Made by a program: the position numbers and the translations under genes
Assembly (NCBI GenBank): GCA_050084515.1
Contig: CM114271.1
Location: 24,614,001-24,678,000, forward strand
DNA from: Blasia pusilla
Taxonomy: Eukaryota
Length of the DNA: 64,000 nucleotides
Direction: 5' to 3'
Notes under the pieces: generated by a model
The model's input: only the letters and a program-made list of their open reading frames with translations
Databases searched by the model: none
Told to the model about the DNA's origin: nothing
Part shown: positions 1 to 12,250 of the stretch, piece by piece
Numbering within the stretch: position 1 is the first letter of the stretch
Layout of the letters: every line of letters begins with the position of its first letter

Positions 1-230
1 TGCGCTCTGCTGGGAGGGTCGGCAGTCAATGCCGAGTGGAGACGTGCGCTGGAAGCAATGTCATCGGGGCGAAAACGCCGGAAAGGGGCTCTTCTGAAGT
101 CTGGACATGGTGCGCGAAATCTGCGCAGACAGATAGATTGAAGGTGCAGTCGCGGACAGAACGTGGTGTTGGGAGCGCGATGGGATGAGGCGCAGGATAA
201 CTGCTGGTAACTCGGTGCTGTCGAGATCAT
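1..230 (-). CDS. Possible 5' end of a gene running off the window edge; N-terminus resembles an organellar transit peptide
   Basis: ATG at 230 opens a stop-free frame to the edge: MISTAPSYQQLSCASSHRAPNTTFCPRLHLQSICLRRFRAPCPDFRRAPFRRFRPDDIASSARLHSALTADPPSRA. It is S/R/A/P-rich with no acidic residue in the first ~40 aa. No recognisable domain. Confidence 0.35.
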   Translation of the reverse strand, partial: MISTAPSYQQLSCASSHRAPNTTFCPRLHLQSICLRRFRAPCPDFRRAPFRRFRPDDIASSARLHSALTADPPSRA

Positions 231-504
231 TAGAGGCTGTGTTGAATCTGTTGAAACGAGACGCGAAAGCGATGCGGAAAGCAGAAAAAGCTGCTCGAGT
301 GCGCTTCTGGCCGCTGCGAGGGGAGGGAGGGAGCGTTGCTGGATCTCTGAGTCGGGGAAGGAAGAACATGAGATCGGATTCGCGTTTGCATCCCTGAACC
401 ACCAGACCGATGGAGCATCTTTTCACTGGCTCGAATCGACTTCCACAATGGACGAAACGAAAGGACTTGCTCTGCTCCAGGATGGAGTTTGTAAGGTCGA
501 GGGC

Positions 505-1042
505 AAATCCATCGAAACCTCAGGCATGGAATCACGGCGAGTACCACGAGCGTTTGGATAAAATCGGAGTCCATGCCCTGCCAATGGAACCCCATGAATC
601 GTACTTGTACATTCTCCGACTCTACACACTGCTAAGACTTGAGAAGTTGGGACTTGATGGCCGCAACCGAATTCCGGATAGGGGATTCGTCATTAGGGAA
701 AATCCATTGAAACCTCAGGCATGGTATAACAGTGAGCATCGCCAGCGCTTGGATAAAATCGGAGTCCATGTCCTAATAAGGTACCAATGGAACCACAAGA
801 ATCGCGTACATTCTCCAACCCTACCCACTGCTACTACTCGAGAAGTCTAGAACGTGATAGAACGTGTGCAGAGAGGTTTCCCTTAGGGAAAATCCATCGA
901 AATCTCAGGCATAGAATCACGGTGAGTACCGCCAGCGCTTGGATAACATCGTAGTCCATGCCCTGCTCAGGTACCAATGGAACTACATGAATCTTACAAT
1001 CTCCGACTCTACCCACTGCCCAAACTTCAGGAGTACAGAAGT
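505..1042. repeat. Three diverged tandem copies of a ~190-195 bp unit
   Basis: Motif AAATCCAT(C/T)GAAA(C/T)CTCAGGCAT...GCG(T/C)TTGGATAA(A/C)ATCG...CCAATGGAAC starts at 505, 700 and 890. Confidence 0.9.
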
Positions 1043-1596
1043 TGATAGCAGGCACTGAATTCACCAGGAGTAGCTCGGCGGTAACCGCAAAACTAGATCA
1101 TCTACGAGCAGTATGATCGCCAAATTAGGGGGCTGAAAAGCGCAAAATATTATACAAGCTCGAATGCGAAATACAATCGAAAATACAAAGCGGTGACGGT
1201 CCGACACGAATTGACCAGGAGGCACAAGATCGCCTTGACAAGGGAAAAGGCACTTGTGAACACTCTCCGTACGTCGTCAATTCCGATCCGTCAGGACCTC
1301 CGTTTATGGTTACTATAAACGTAACAGACAACGCCAGCGACGACGCAGAGAGGTATTCCGCTCCAATGTGCCAAGCCCAGTACCTTACTGATCATATCCA
1401 AAGTCTAGCCCTCAAGACGTCCCGGCCACAATCGAGGGATCGTCCTCGGTGCACGAAGCCACCAGGGGCTGACTGATCTAACCCTCACCGTGGCGCAAAA
1501 TGAAGCCCTTCGTCCCTTCAGATGGAATGGAGAATAGAGGATGACTCCTCCCAAGTGCCAAGTCGAGGTTCAATGATCTCATCCAACTGGCGTCGG

Positions 1597-3511
1597 TCAC
1601 GGTTTCCAAGAGCTCATACCGTGGAGAGTCCGGTCCTTCCATCCGGCTAGTAACCATTTACCATCCTGGAAAATTCTATAACCCTTGTGATGTTGAGCTA
1701 ATAAACCTCTAAGTTCTTGAATGAGCTCTGGATTCGGAGTCTGCTGCTTGAAGCCTGCGTTTGTGATTCGGGATTGCCACTGTTTAGGGGTCTCTGCCCT
1801 CTCTATTCTTTCAACGCCCTCGCATGCTATGACGTTCAGAATTTCTCTGCCTAAGATTTCCCTCTCAGCGATAAACCTGAGCTTCGTGTGGGGCGGAACT
1901 GTCGAATGAACGGCATCAAATAAAGCGGAGTAATGACTGATACATTCCCGGACGCGAGCCATGAAAAATGGAGTATTCATACCAGCGCTTATAACTCCCG
2001 TCACGAACAGCGCAGGATTTAGGCTGTGAATCTTACTCAGCAAAAGCTTCCGGGGACTGGAAGGCATGACAGTTTCATCTAACATGTTCCGTAGGCGGAA
2101 CATACTGTTGACGATGAGAACTTCATCTTGCCTGATATTGAATTGCGATGGTTGGATGAGATCCCATTTACCAGCGATTGCGTGGTACTCAAAGTCCACT
2201 CCCATCAATTTTGCTTTGTCGGCAAGTCGACGACCTGTGTCCTCCAGGCGCGAGGTAGATCTGAAACCCGGCTGCGCAAAATCTACTCCTGTAATGCGCA
2301 GATGGGGAGCACCTTCGGCAAGCTGGGACAGGGCGTGAATAAAGCAGGGCCACTGAACCCCATAGAGAATGCCAAAATCGATTATATGAATTCGTTTGGC
2401 CCCTTTGACTGCATCAAAAATCGTCTTGTTAGCGAAGTAGTGCGCAATCTTGGGCAACGGATTACACTGTATAAACAAGCGGTACGCCTTCACCATGTCT
2501 ACGGCATTCGGCGTGTTAGACGAGAGGGCACTATAGAGCCGACCACCAGTGCCCGAAAGTCGGGCTACCAACGCCTCCGTGAAGTAGTGGGTCATTCTCT
2601 GCCCGCCATCTCCATCGGGTGAGGATTTCTCCCTAAGTTTGTTGATGAGCTCATGTGTCTCTCTGACGTCGTCGGCGGCAACGGCTTGAGCGCACTGCAT
2701 GATTAATGGTTGGAGCTCGGCTAGAGAGTCCATCCCGCCCTTACCTCCGGAATAATTTATTGTCTCTACGGGTTCCTGAGAGTCTGACCAACCCATGCAT
2801 TCCGAAGGCCCCGTGGATTTCGAAGTGGAATTCCAAGACGCATACGGCGCACAAGGGTCAACATCCCGTGGTTCAGTAGGGCCATCATCTTCTTCTTCTT
2901 CGCCAAGATATTCTGAAGGGATCGAATCAAGGACGCCGTCGAACCAGCTGTTCGCGGTTTCGTCTTTCTTCGAGTCCGTATCACAATAAGAATCATCCGC
3001 AGCTCCAGGGTCGCCAATCAGATCAGCCAGCTCCTTCGTCATCGCTTGATAAGCGCTGCACTCCACAAACATGCATTTCTTCTCGCACAGATCCTCCTCC
3101 ATCAACATGTCGGAAAGAAACTGCAGCAAAGGATCCTCCAAAGGATCCGAGTCTACAACGAACTCGCTCTCCCTCGGCGAATAGTTCGATGCCGCTTCGG
3201 AGTTGGATGTAAGAGTATCATACAAGTCAGGAACGCCGGGGGATACCGACTGAGAGCGAGACTGGGAGGACATGTACGAATGTGAGGAGGAGGAGGAGCT
3301 TTGCACCATCGACGGGTCCGGTGGTACCGGATACAGGAAATCGTACTTCGGAACATTGCGCTTCGGTAATTGTGTCTGCAGCCACGCTTGTTGTAGTTGT
3401 GCTGCTAGCGGAGTGTCGGGCTTTTCATTTCTACCTCGTTCCTTGTGGTCTTCTGTCCCTTTTCCACTGCTCGTCCACGCACCCCTCTTGTTCTTCTTCA
3501 TTCCCACGGTC

Positions 3512-3516
<5 letters not shown>
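1597..3516 (-). CDS. GRAS transcription factor, LISCL (SCL9/SCL14-like) subfamily, intronless, ~639 aa
   Basis: LHRI (LIMQCAQAVA...QRMTHYFTEALVARL), VHIID-type IHIIDFGILYGVQWP, LRITGVD, PFFMAR, ACEGVERIERAET and terminal SSWKP (SAW). LISCL N-terminal motif FLSDMLMEED...CMF...AYQA. First ATG at 3516 (MATVGMKK). Confidence 0.95.
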
Positions 3517-3542
<26 letters not shown>

Positions 3543-3680
3543 TTCGCGCGTGTGTGTGACTGCTTTTCGATATGAATTCGCACAACTAATGTATCTCGAC
3601 TGTGCGCCACTTCCTTCTACCGTCGCAGTCCCAGAATGTCAACAAGGTCCTCCCTACGCTATGGACTCGTGTCTTCAGAG

Positions 3681-3714
<34 letters not shown>

Positions 3715-3720
3715 ATCTAT

Positions 3721-3759
3721 CGTCGCAAGGCTACGACAGGCACTGCTTAATGAGTACAG
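3721..3759 (+). mobile_element. Isolated 3' tip of LINE family A in a (CT)n tract upstream of the GRAS CDS
   Basis: GTCGCAAGGCTACGACAGGCACTGCTTAATGAGTACAG matches the 3' end of the LINE at 19329-19366. Flanked by an imperfect duplication (TCTCTCTTTCTCTATCT / TCTCTCTTTCTATATAT). Confidence 0.85.
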
Positions 3760-5520
3760 TCTCTCTTTCTATATATCTATGTATCTATGTCACTCACCCT
3801 CCGAATGGCCGTGTTAATGCCGATGGGAAATGTCGAGGCTCAGGAAGTGCAGTTTCTTACGGCCCAAGTACAGAAGAATCTCGAGAGGCGACTGTTCCGG
3901 AACCTCTCCCTCACTCACTCGTCGTGACTCGCTGCAGACACATCCGAGAACAGCGAGCACTCTGTTTCTCTTATGGCTTCAAGAGATCCGTGAACGCTCC
4001 GCCCTCCCTTGCCACGCTCAAGGGCTTGTCTTCGTGCGACTTCCATCCGCACTCGGCGAATCTGCCACCCCCTCCGACTGGAAAGTACGATATTGTGTGA
4101 CGAAAAAAGAACTCCGCGAGAATCAGCCGGTTTCCTGTTGCCGTGGATCGCTTTCTCCTATTCCGGCCCCGGAACCCCTGTCTCGCACTCTGCGCACCGG
4201 GCACAATTCGTGAAGGAAGTGGCACCGCCGTGGACCACGTTACGTTACTGAGAGTAACTATTTAATTATTTAATTAATACTATTGATTTCCTCCAGGCTC
4301 CCCCTCTCGGGTACCGCGAGATTCTTCTCCATGGGACAACATCTACTGGAGACTCGTAGACTACCCACAAGTGACCACAGTCAAACCGGACGACGTCGCG
4401 GGGTCCTTAGCTCCCGGTCGATCCAGGAACAGTCACGCGCTGGCTGTCCCGCTCCGCTCTCGGCGCAGCCAACACCTTTCCTCCACGTGTCCAAATCTGA
4501 CCTGCGCTCTCGCTCTCTGACAGTCAGGTGCCGCCAAATGTTTCTCGGATATCGGTGCGCAGACAGCTTCTCCGGTCAAATATCCTCCCCCTTCTTTCTC
4601 CTTCTCCTTCTGTAGGCTTGACGATGTTTGGAATAAAACGATGACTTTGCATTTTGTAGGACGAACTCGCTGGAGTCTTCACCCTTTTGCCATGCAAGTT
4701 CTACCATTTTTTTTTTCAAGAGCCCTACACTCGATTCGTGGAGAGGATATGAATCCAGCAATTTCGATACGCACATGTAGAGTTGAACAAGTTCGTAAAT
4801 TTTATCTCATCTAATAAAGAAACATTCTACATCACTGATATATTATTGGAAAGGATATGAAGCGATTTTTTTATATCCACCTCTGGAGTTTAAAAATATA
4901 ATTTTAAACATTTCTTTTTCCCGCTTTAGACCCACCTACATCAAGTATTCACTCGGTGCGTCGTTGACTCCAAACACCTTAGGTAACTAATAATACCACC
5001 CTACTAATCTCTCAACACTAGCTTTCCTTTCAATTTGCTCCATGACGGAAAGTCATGGAACAAATTGAAAGAGAGTTGAGTGTCTTAAAGTGCTTGGATT
5101 AAGGTCTCTGGCCCAATCGGACTTAAAATACCACGTCCTTTATGAATATATGTGGTTCATAAAAAGGCCTTTTGCATTCTAATTTAATAGCCATCCCATA
5201 TTGTGTAGTATGGAGTCTTGCGGTTGTGCAGTGACGACAGAAAATACCACGTAGGACTGGTGTATATTTGGCTGCCTGAGACGTCATGTACATGCATGTC
5301 ATACCGACGTCACCTCCGGACTCGTGTTTTGTTCCTTTCGCCTTTGCCTCCATTTTCTTTTCTTTTCTTTTATTTGTGGAGTTTTCTTTCATTAATTCTT
5401 TGATTAATCTTTGTTTCATTTTTCGCCTTTGCTTCCGTATTGTTTTGTTTTATTTTATTCGTGGAGATTTATTTTATTAATTATTTAATTAATATTTGGT
5501 CCATTTGGTACGAAATGTCA

Positions 5521-5693
5521 TCTATATTGTTATTGATGGGTGCCTCTTTATTTTGAAATCAATTCTTTTGACATGAGTCCTTGCTAGCCAATAGAATCAC
5601 TCGTTGTCTAAATTACTAGGATCCATGGAATTTGATTGCATCCTTGGAGGGTACTTCAAAATCATATCCGTGCGTAGTACGCGCACCAACTAG
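5521..5693 (+). mobile_element. Putative small non-autonomous Helitron (3' end reasonably clear, 5' end tentative)
   Basis: GC-rich hairpin GTGCGT-AGT-ACGCGC then ACCAA-CTAG|T (CTAG 5690-5693). Candidate 5' end A|TCTATATT at 5521. Confidence 0.45.
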
Positions 5694-6969
5694 TGTGGGA
5701 AAGGAGAGAGAGTCTCCCGAGAAATAGAATGGGAGGGAGTTGATGTAAGAAAATAAAAGTTTTTGATGCAGAATCTTTTAAATGAGTTTTGAAATTTCCC
5801 TTTCAAATTATATGTGGGAGGTTTTGTTATTCTCATGATTTTAAGCATAACCTTTGAGTGATCCAAGGCTTCGACAGAGACTTTTACCCTATACATTTGG
5901 ATCCCCGATCTATGATGTATCTATTGTTGTTATTGGCCACCCTCGCGCCTGTTCATCCTCAAGTTTTCTAACCCGAGGTTGGGCTAGATAACCTTGACCC
6001 CGCTCTGAAATTCTCTTGTAAAATAAGGTTAAATGTTTTACATTCTCCTTATTAGTGTGCACGAGACTATAGCACAATGGGCAACTCCTTTCCCTGTATA
6101 ACGGCAGAGTGTGGGTTCGGATGCTGGTAGGGTACTCGCGTTTGCAGAAGTGTCCCTCACCACTTAACTCGACTTTCACCTGCATGGCTTAACCCGAGGA
6201 TGAATAGGCACGAGGCTCGCCACCATACCATCCCAACCCACCCAAATTTGTTTTCAAGATTGTTCTTTTCTCTCGCAAAAGAAGACTTGCAAACTAACTG
6301 TGAAAGTAGTAATGATCACTTTCAACGTACCATCTGGAGGATTTAATTCTCCATTGCCCACTTGACTAAATGCCACTAGAACCAAATATGAATTCGACTA
6401 ACCCTAATTTGTAACTTAATAAGTCCTATATCATATGTTCTCATGTGGTTCATAGAAGATGCTGATCCTTATCATTTTATTGTGGTTAAAAAATGTGACT
6501 AGAGGTAGTACTCATGGTTAAAAGAAAGAATGCCTAAACTCAAGAAGGTAACACTCCTCATTCCCTCATCTCTCACCAAATCCATGTACACTCTCTATGA
6601 AAAGAAATTTTCATTATAGTTATAGTCAAGCAACAATAGATAGTATATCCAGACAAAAGAGCCATATATAGAGTTAGGGATGGAAAGGTCAAGAATGACT
6701 TGTTTGTCTCCCTTGGTGATACATATGTACATGTCATCCTTTAAGAAAATTCTTGAAATTTAGGAACATATATATAGTTACACGTGGAAAGGCCATAAAT
6801 CATTTGTTGGTCTTGTCTTACACATACACATCGTTACACAACATAGATCGTTGTTACCGAACATACACGATCCCATGTTAACTCATGGAATACACACAAC
6901 GAGACAAGAAGTACCAAAATATCTCTAATAAATCGATCAAATCTCTCATAAGAACAAGCTCTCCATGGT

Positions 6970-6971
<2 letters not shown>

Positions 6972-7055
<84 letters not shown>
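6972..7055. repeat. (TC)~42 microsatellite
   Basis: Pure dinucleotide run. Confidence 0.98.
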
Positions 7056-7057
<2 letters not shown>

Positions 7058-7142
7058 GTCAAACCAAACCCACTCTCCTAATGAGAGGCTTAGGTTACAC
7101 ACACAAGGCATGGAGGATCATATCTCCGTCGCCTCATGCGAA

Positions 7143-8048
7143 GAGGTTCAACAAAGAGATAATGAGCTCTCAAGCTCTCTCTCTCTCTCGGAGGTATATC
7201 CCCTTCCCTCTCCCAAGCCCTCTCCACGGTGACATATGCTCGCACGTCACCTCCTTGGCTCTTGACATGTTGTAGCGAGTCAAGGTCCACTTTCCAAAGT
7301 AGAAATTCAAGTATATTCCAAATGGAAACTTACTCAAAATAGTAAGTTTCTATATATGGCTCCAAATAAGCCAAAACGAAGGGAAAACCTTCTCTCTCAG
7401 GTTACCCGTGGCCTCATCATGTCATCCCTCTTGAGGCTATCCTCTAGTATCTCCAAAGGCGCTCTACTAGATATCGTCGATCTATCCTAAAAGACGTGAC
7501 AGCGTACATATTGCTACACAATACACATCACTGGTCATATCCATACCACACAACATTGATCTTTCCCAACACGCAGATAGATCCACACATGTATTAAAAT
7601 CAACTCACACATGTATATCAAGATCACACAATTTCCCCCCTAATTGGCAATTGGATCCCCCCTATTGCCTTTGTGTCTAGAGTTCTATCTACTATCATGA
7701 AGATCCTTGAAAGACGAGCTTGCACGTTGTCTACGATCGGCTTGACCCACGCCTTGGGGGGCGAGGGTGGTCATAGCTTTTCCACCTTAAAAAAAAGAGG
7801 TTCAACAAAAGAGAATCAGCTCCCAAGCTTTCTCTCCTTGAGGTATACCCTCTTTCTCCTCTCCTTGGCGATCTACACACCCAAGTCATCTCCTTGATCC
7901 TAAACTTGTAATAGTAGGTCAAGGATCAATTTCCATAAATATAAGACCAACTCTCTCAAAATAGGGAACTTACATAAAATAGTAAGTTCCTCAAATTTCC
8001 TGTAAATGAGCCCAAACCAAGGAGAAACTTGCTCTTCTTGGTTACCCT
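7143..8048. repeat. Two diverged direct copies of a ~260-bp unclassified repeat (~7143-7410 and ~7797-8048)
   Basis: Collinear shared blocks AGGTTCAACAAA, AAGCT.TCTCT..GAGGTATA, ACTTAC..AAAATAGTAAGTT and GGTTACCC. Confidence 0.6.
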
Positions 8049-8992
8049 ACTCCCTAGAAGCTCATTTATGGCCTATTGGGCTTGATATGTGGTCTCCCCC
8101 GAAGTGTCACACAAAACTCTATGTTACACTATCAAAAACAATATATTTTTTTAAGGTGATGAGGAACCCATTGATAGGTCGTAGTCAATTGAATTGGTCT
8201 TTGCGAAAGGACCAAGCATATCAAGTGGTGTAGTAAGTGTGCCCTTGAAGAATGCGAGAGGTTGTGAGGAACTTTGATCAAGGACGTTGTTGGGTGCAAG
8301 AAGGACCGTGTGTCAACTGCCTCTATTTTTTGTTATGGACATAGTGATGATGGGTATAGGGCCTATAGAGGTGTTTTGATTAGGGGACATATTAAGTGTG
8401 AGTTATATCATAGCAGTGTCTTGTTTTGAGATTATGCAAGATCTCCTGTTGTCTACCATATGTATTGGGAAGACGAGTACGGAGTCAATGACATTGATAG
8501 AGTTGATCGAGCGCTCAATGAAGTGGCACATGGAAGAAGATAAGAACTCAGATGAAGGATTTTCCCACATTGCCAAAGATTAAGTGTGCACTAGCTACCT
8601 CTGGTATTTTCCCATTGGATAACACTAATTGTGTGTTGTTTTCTTTTTTGCCCTTTAGTGGGCTCGCTATAGCAACAAGTGCATGTGCTTCTTAACTCTA
8701 AAGGAGAGTTATTGATGTTGGATATGCTTCTAGTCTTGGATTTGGGATCATAAAGGTCCAAATTAGAGAGGTGTTTGTTTTAGATCTAGATGGATCTTGG
8801 TGGTTCTACTGCATTATAATTCATAACATAGCAAGTGTCATGTGTATGTATATCGCTATACAACATACATCGTTGTTACCCAATACAAACACATAAACCC
8901 AAGATACCATACTCACTCATGGCATCTCAATACATATACGATCATATACCAATGTAATAGTGGGGCAACGGTCACTTTCTGAAATGGAAAGA

Positions 8993-9312
8993 CAACAAGG
9001 TTGCATGTGGCAAAAGTCTGTGTTCGCGAACATGTCTGTGGCATTACCTTTTTTCCTATGGAAGGACTTGTCCATGTGAGGCCTACTACGCCCTTCTTTC
9101 TCATCTACCCGATTTACCTCCATGTTTCACATTTTTCCGTTTCTTCCTTTCCCCACCTCCACTCCCTCCCACATTATTGCTTAGCTTGTCTCTTCCTTGC
9201 CACGAGCTATTAGAGTGGGCCCCACCTCTTGCAATGCATGTCCGTGAATATGTCCATACTTTTCCGTCCATGTTCGTATTAGGGATGTACTTGTCCATTT
9301 TTGTGCAACCAT
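8993..9312 (+). repeat. Dispersed unclassified repeat; inverted homolog at ~36948-37177
   Basis: CAACAAGGTTGCAT, GAAGGACTTGTCCATGTG and TGTGCAACCATG all recur as reverse complements, in collinear order, near 37 kb. Confidence 0.65.
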
Positions 9313-10099
9313 GAAAGGCAATTATGCTCATATTAGTACCTTACCTAAAATAATAAGTTTTTGAACATAGCTCCAAATGAGTTGAAACACAAGGGAAAGG
9401 TGCTCTCTGAGGTTAACCTAGTCCTCAACAAGTCATCCTTGACATCTTGTTGTCCTTTGACCTCCTTGAAGGCATCCTACATGTTCTTATGGATGAGTTA
9501 TAAAAGACCTGACATAAGACTTGATGTTGAGTCTACAACCGGATCATCCTACAAGGAGTTCTATCATCAGAGCTTGGATGGTGATCCACTCTGAGTTGTG
9601 TATTGTATTGGTTGGTGGTGTTTTTTTTTGTATCCTATGGGTTTCATATTGGAGTACTAGAATATGCTATATTCGTGGTTGGGCAGTTGTTGTGTCAGTC
9701 ATTTTCTAGTAGGTATTATTGGCAATGTCAATGGTGTGCAATAGGGCATCATGGCAATAGTTGGAATATATTATTTAGTGGTGAGGTGTGTTGGTGATAT
9801 GTGGGAAGACTAACTAGTGGTGGATGAGGCTCATGTAGTTTAGGATTATATTGTGTAGGTATATATTGGAGGTTATGATGACCAAGGTAATGTGTGGGTA
9901 GATGTTGGGTCAGGCAATGGATTTCCTCATTTGGATTCTTAAACCACTAGGCCATTAAGCTAGTAGAGGCAGAATTTGAGGTTGTAGTGAGGACAAATCG
10001 ACATCTATGGCCTTCTTGGAGTGTTTCTAAGGATGCAAGAGAGATGGAGGTATGAGTTGTGGAGTTGTAACTCATACCGAGTGATGAAGCTCTAGTTGC

Positions 10100-12250
10100 C
10101 TTGGGAAGCCCATGCTAAAGTATGTGGTGGCAAAGTAGGAGAGTACTACTCAAGATAAGAAGGGATATGAGATTGAGGTAGCATATGCTAGCCGCGCAAA
10201 CAACAATACGTAGGTGAAATACAACTCGTATAAAGGAGAATGTGTTGAATTACATTCAATTGCTAATTTTTTGGTATCTTGTTCACAATTATCATTGATG
10301 ATCAAACATCTAAAAAAATGACAAGAAAGCTTGCTAGATGGGAGTTGTTATTGTAGGAGTATGATTTTCAAGTGGTCCATTGCTTAGAACACACGAACGA
10401 GGATATAGAAAAACTGAGTTGTAACCTATACACAAGTCAACAAAATGAGAAAAGGGCTTGATGGCATGATGAGTTGGATGTAAAGAGAGTGTTAGGTTGA
10501 AAATGATAGCCTTATTTTGATGGTGATATAGGGTGAGTTTGTGGTGATGGTAGGTAATAGGGAGGATGAAGAAGCCTTGAAGTTTAAGACTAGTGATCAT
10601 GAGGCCATAGAAGTTCAATCAATATCCATGATGATATATGATCGATGGTCTTGAATTATTTGCACACATGAGTGGTGGCGGGCACCGTAGGTGCAAGAGA
10701 GCAAGATTGAGTTGTATAGCGATCCAAGTAGTTTAGGTGCGAGGGGACTCATCTCTTGTGAGTTTGGGATTATGTGGTAAGAATAGTGCCACATTAGTCT
10801 CAAAGGATATGATTGGTACAACATGCCCATAAGGAGTATGTTGGGTCATTTTGGAGTAAAGCGCACATATATAGAGCTTCCTCCATGGATAGTATTGGTG
10901 GCAAGAGATGCATTTGGATGTATGAAAATTCATAAGTAAGCATGTGGTGTATTATAGAGTGCAAATATCATTCAATGCTCCCACACCATAATTGCATCCA
11001 TTACCCATTATGCTCTTGAGCTATAGGTAGAGTTGGATTTTGTAGGGCCCTTGCCATGTATTGGTCGTAAAAATAAAGTGAAGGAGTTGCATATGCATTT
11101 TTTTAATCAAGTGTTGACTCATTTTGGTACGCAAGCATAGATACTTATTGATTAGGGGACGGAATTTTGCAAGTGAGTTCCTAGCTTTCTTGACCATTGC
11201 ACCATATTTTCAAACCATCATGAGACATATGGATTTGTTTCGAGACCTTTGTGTGTCCCCGCAACATGTACGCGGCCCAACTGCAACTTTGGAAAGAAAG
11301 GAAGAAAGTAAGATTTATTTAGTGTGGGTGCGCTATAGATTTATTTTTGTGGCTTGGAAAGTAATAAAATAAGGACCATTTTCTTAGATAGGTTAAGAAG
11401 CAATCGTAGGTTGCAATGTGTTAAATAAAGGAAAAATAAGCAAAAGAGTTGCAACCTTGAATCATTGTAGGGGGTATAAATAATTTGAACCAAAGGAGAA
11501 ATTACATGGGGATTTGGTAGTGTGGGTGGTCTAGACAATGAAGGGGAGTATGTATGGTTTGCAATAGGCATACTTAGGTAGATTGAGACATGCGATTGTC
11601 ATGGTTCGCTATGGGTTAATTATCAATTTAGATGGAAATCATCCATGGATCCATTTCACTTTATTGTTTTTTGTATGGATGGATACGAGACTTACTAATG
11701 GTGATTCCTTGGAATGGGGTGGAGGTTGTAGATTTGGATGACCAAGACATATGGGTTTTAGTGTGTTCTTAGTAGGCAGAGCTCTTTTTGACAAACAATG
11801 CCCATGGGTTTGAGAACCTCATGGGCTCAACATATGGATAAGTTAAGATATACAACAATTCAAGGAGGTAGATATCGTTTATGAATGAAGAGGTTTCACT
11901 TCAGCGATTATGTCTACACGTAGTAGATAGCAGCGACGACTTTAGATGTGATATAAGATCACACTATTTTGAGAGCATGAGAAGTGATTCCATCAAGAGT
12001 CTTGATGTTAGAGGATTGTGATGGTATGGCGTGGAAGGACCATGTGTGAAATTGCACATCATGTCACCGAGCATGTCACCATTCTAATATGGATGATATA
12101 ATTGACATGAGTTTGCTAATGGCTCTAGTTCACTAGTTCACTAGTGCATATTGTGCGGGTCAACACGAGATTTGCCCACAATATTGGTATGTGATGGTTG
12201 CTTGCAATGGTGGTTTATGGCATATATGACATCATCCTTGGATGTGAAAC
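10100..12250 (+). mobile_element. Heavily decayed Ty3/gypsy pol (RNase H, integrase, C-terminal PHD finger)
   Basis: Hand translation: VAYASRANNNT*VKYNSYKGEC (10178), KLARW..EYDF, LGHFGVKRT..YWW, LHPLPI, LDFVGPLP, GTEF, WKDHV*NCTSCH, CILCGSTRDLPTILVCDGCLQWWFMAYMTSSL (12145). Many stops and frameshifts; no LTRs identified. Confidence 0.8.

Noticed and set aside
505-1042. CRISPR-like array
   Set aside because: Whole units are homologous with no unique spacers; eukaryotic context and no cas genes.
3517-3585. N-terminal extension MCEFISK...REREREREM of the GRAS ORF
   Set aside because: Starts at a non-ATG codon and translates a GA microsatellite; treated as 5' UTR.
6878-7232. ORFs with RE/SL repeats
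   Set aside because: Translations of the (TC)n microsatellite.
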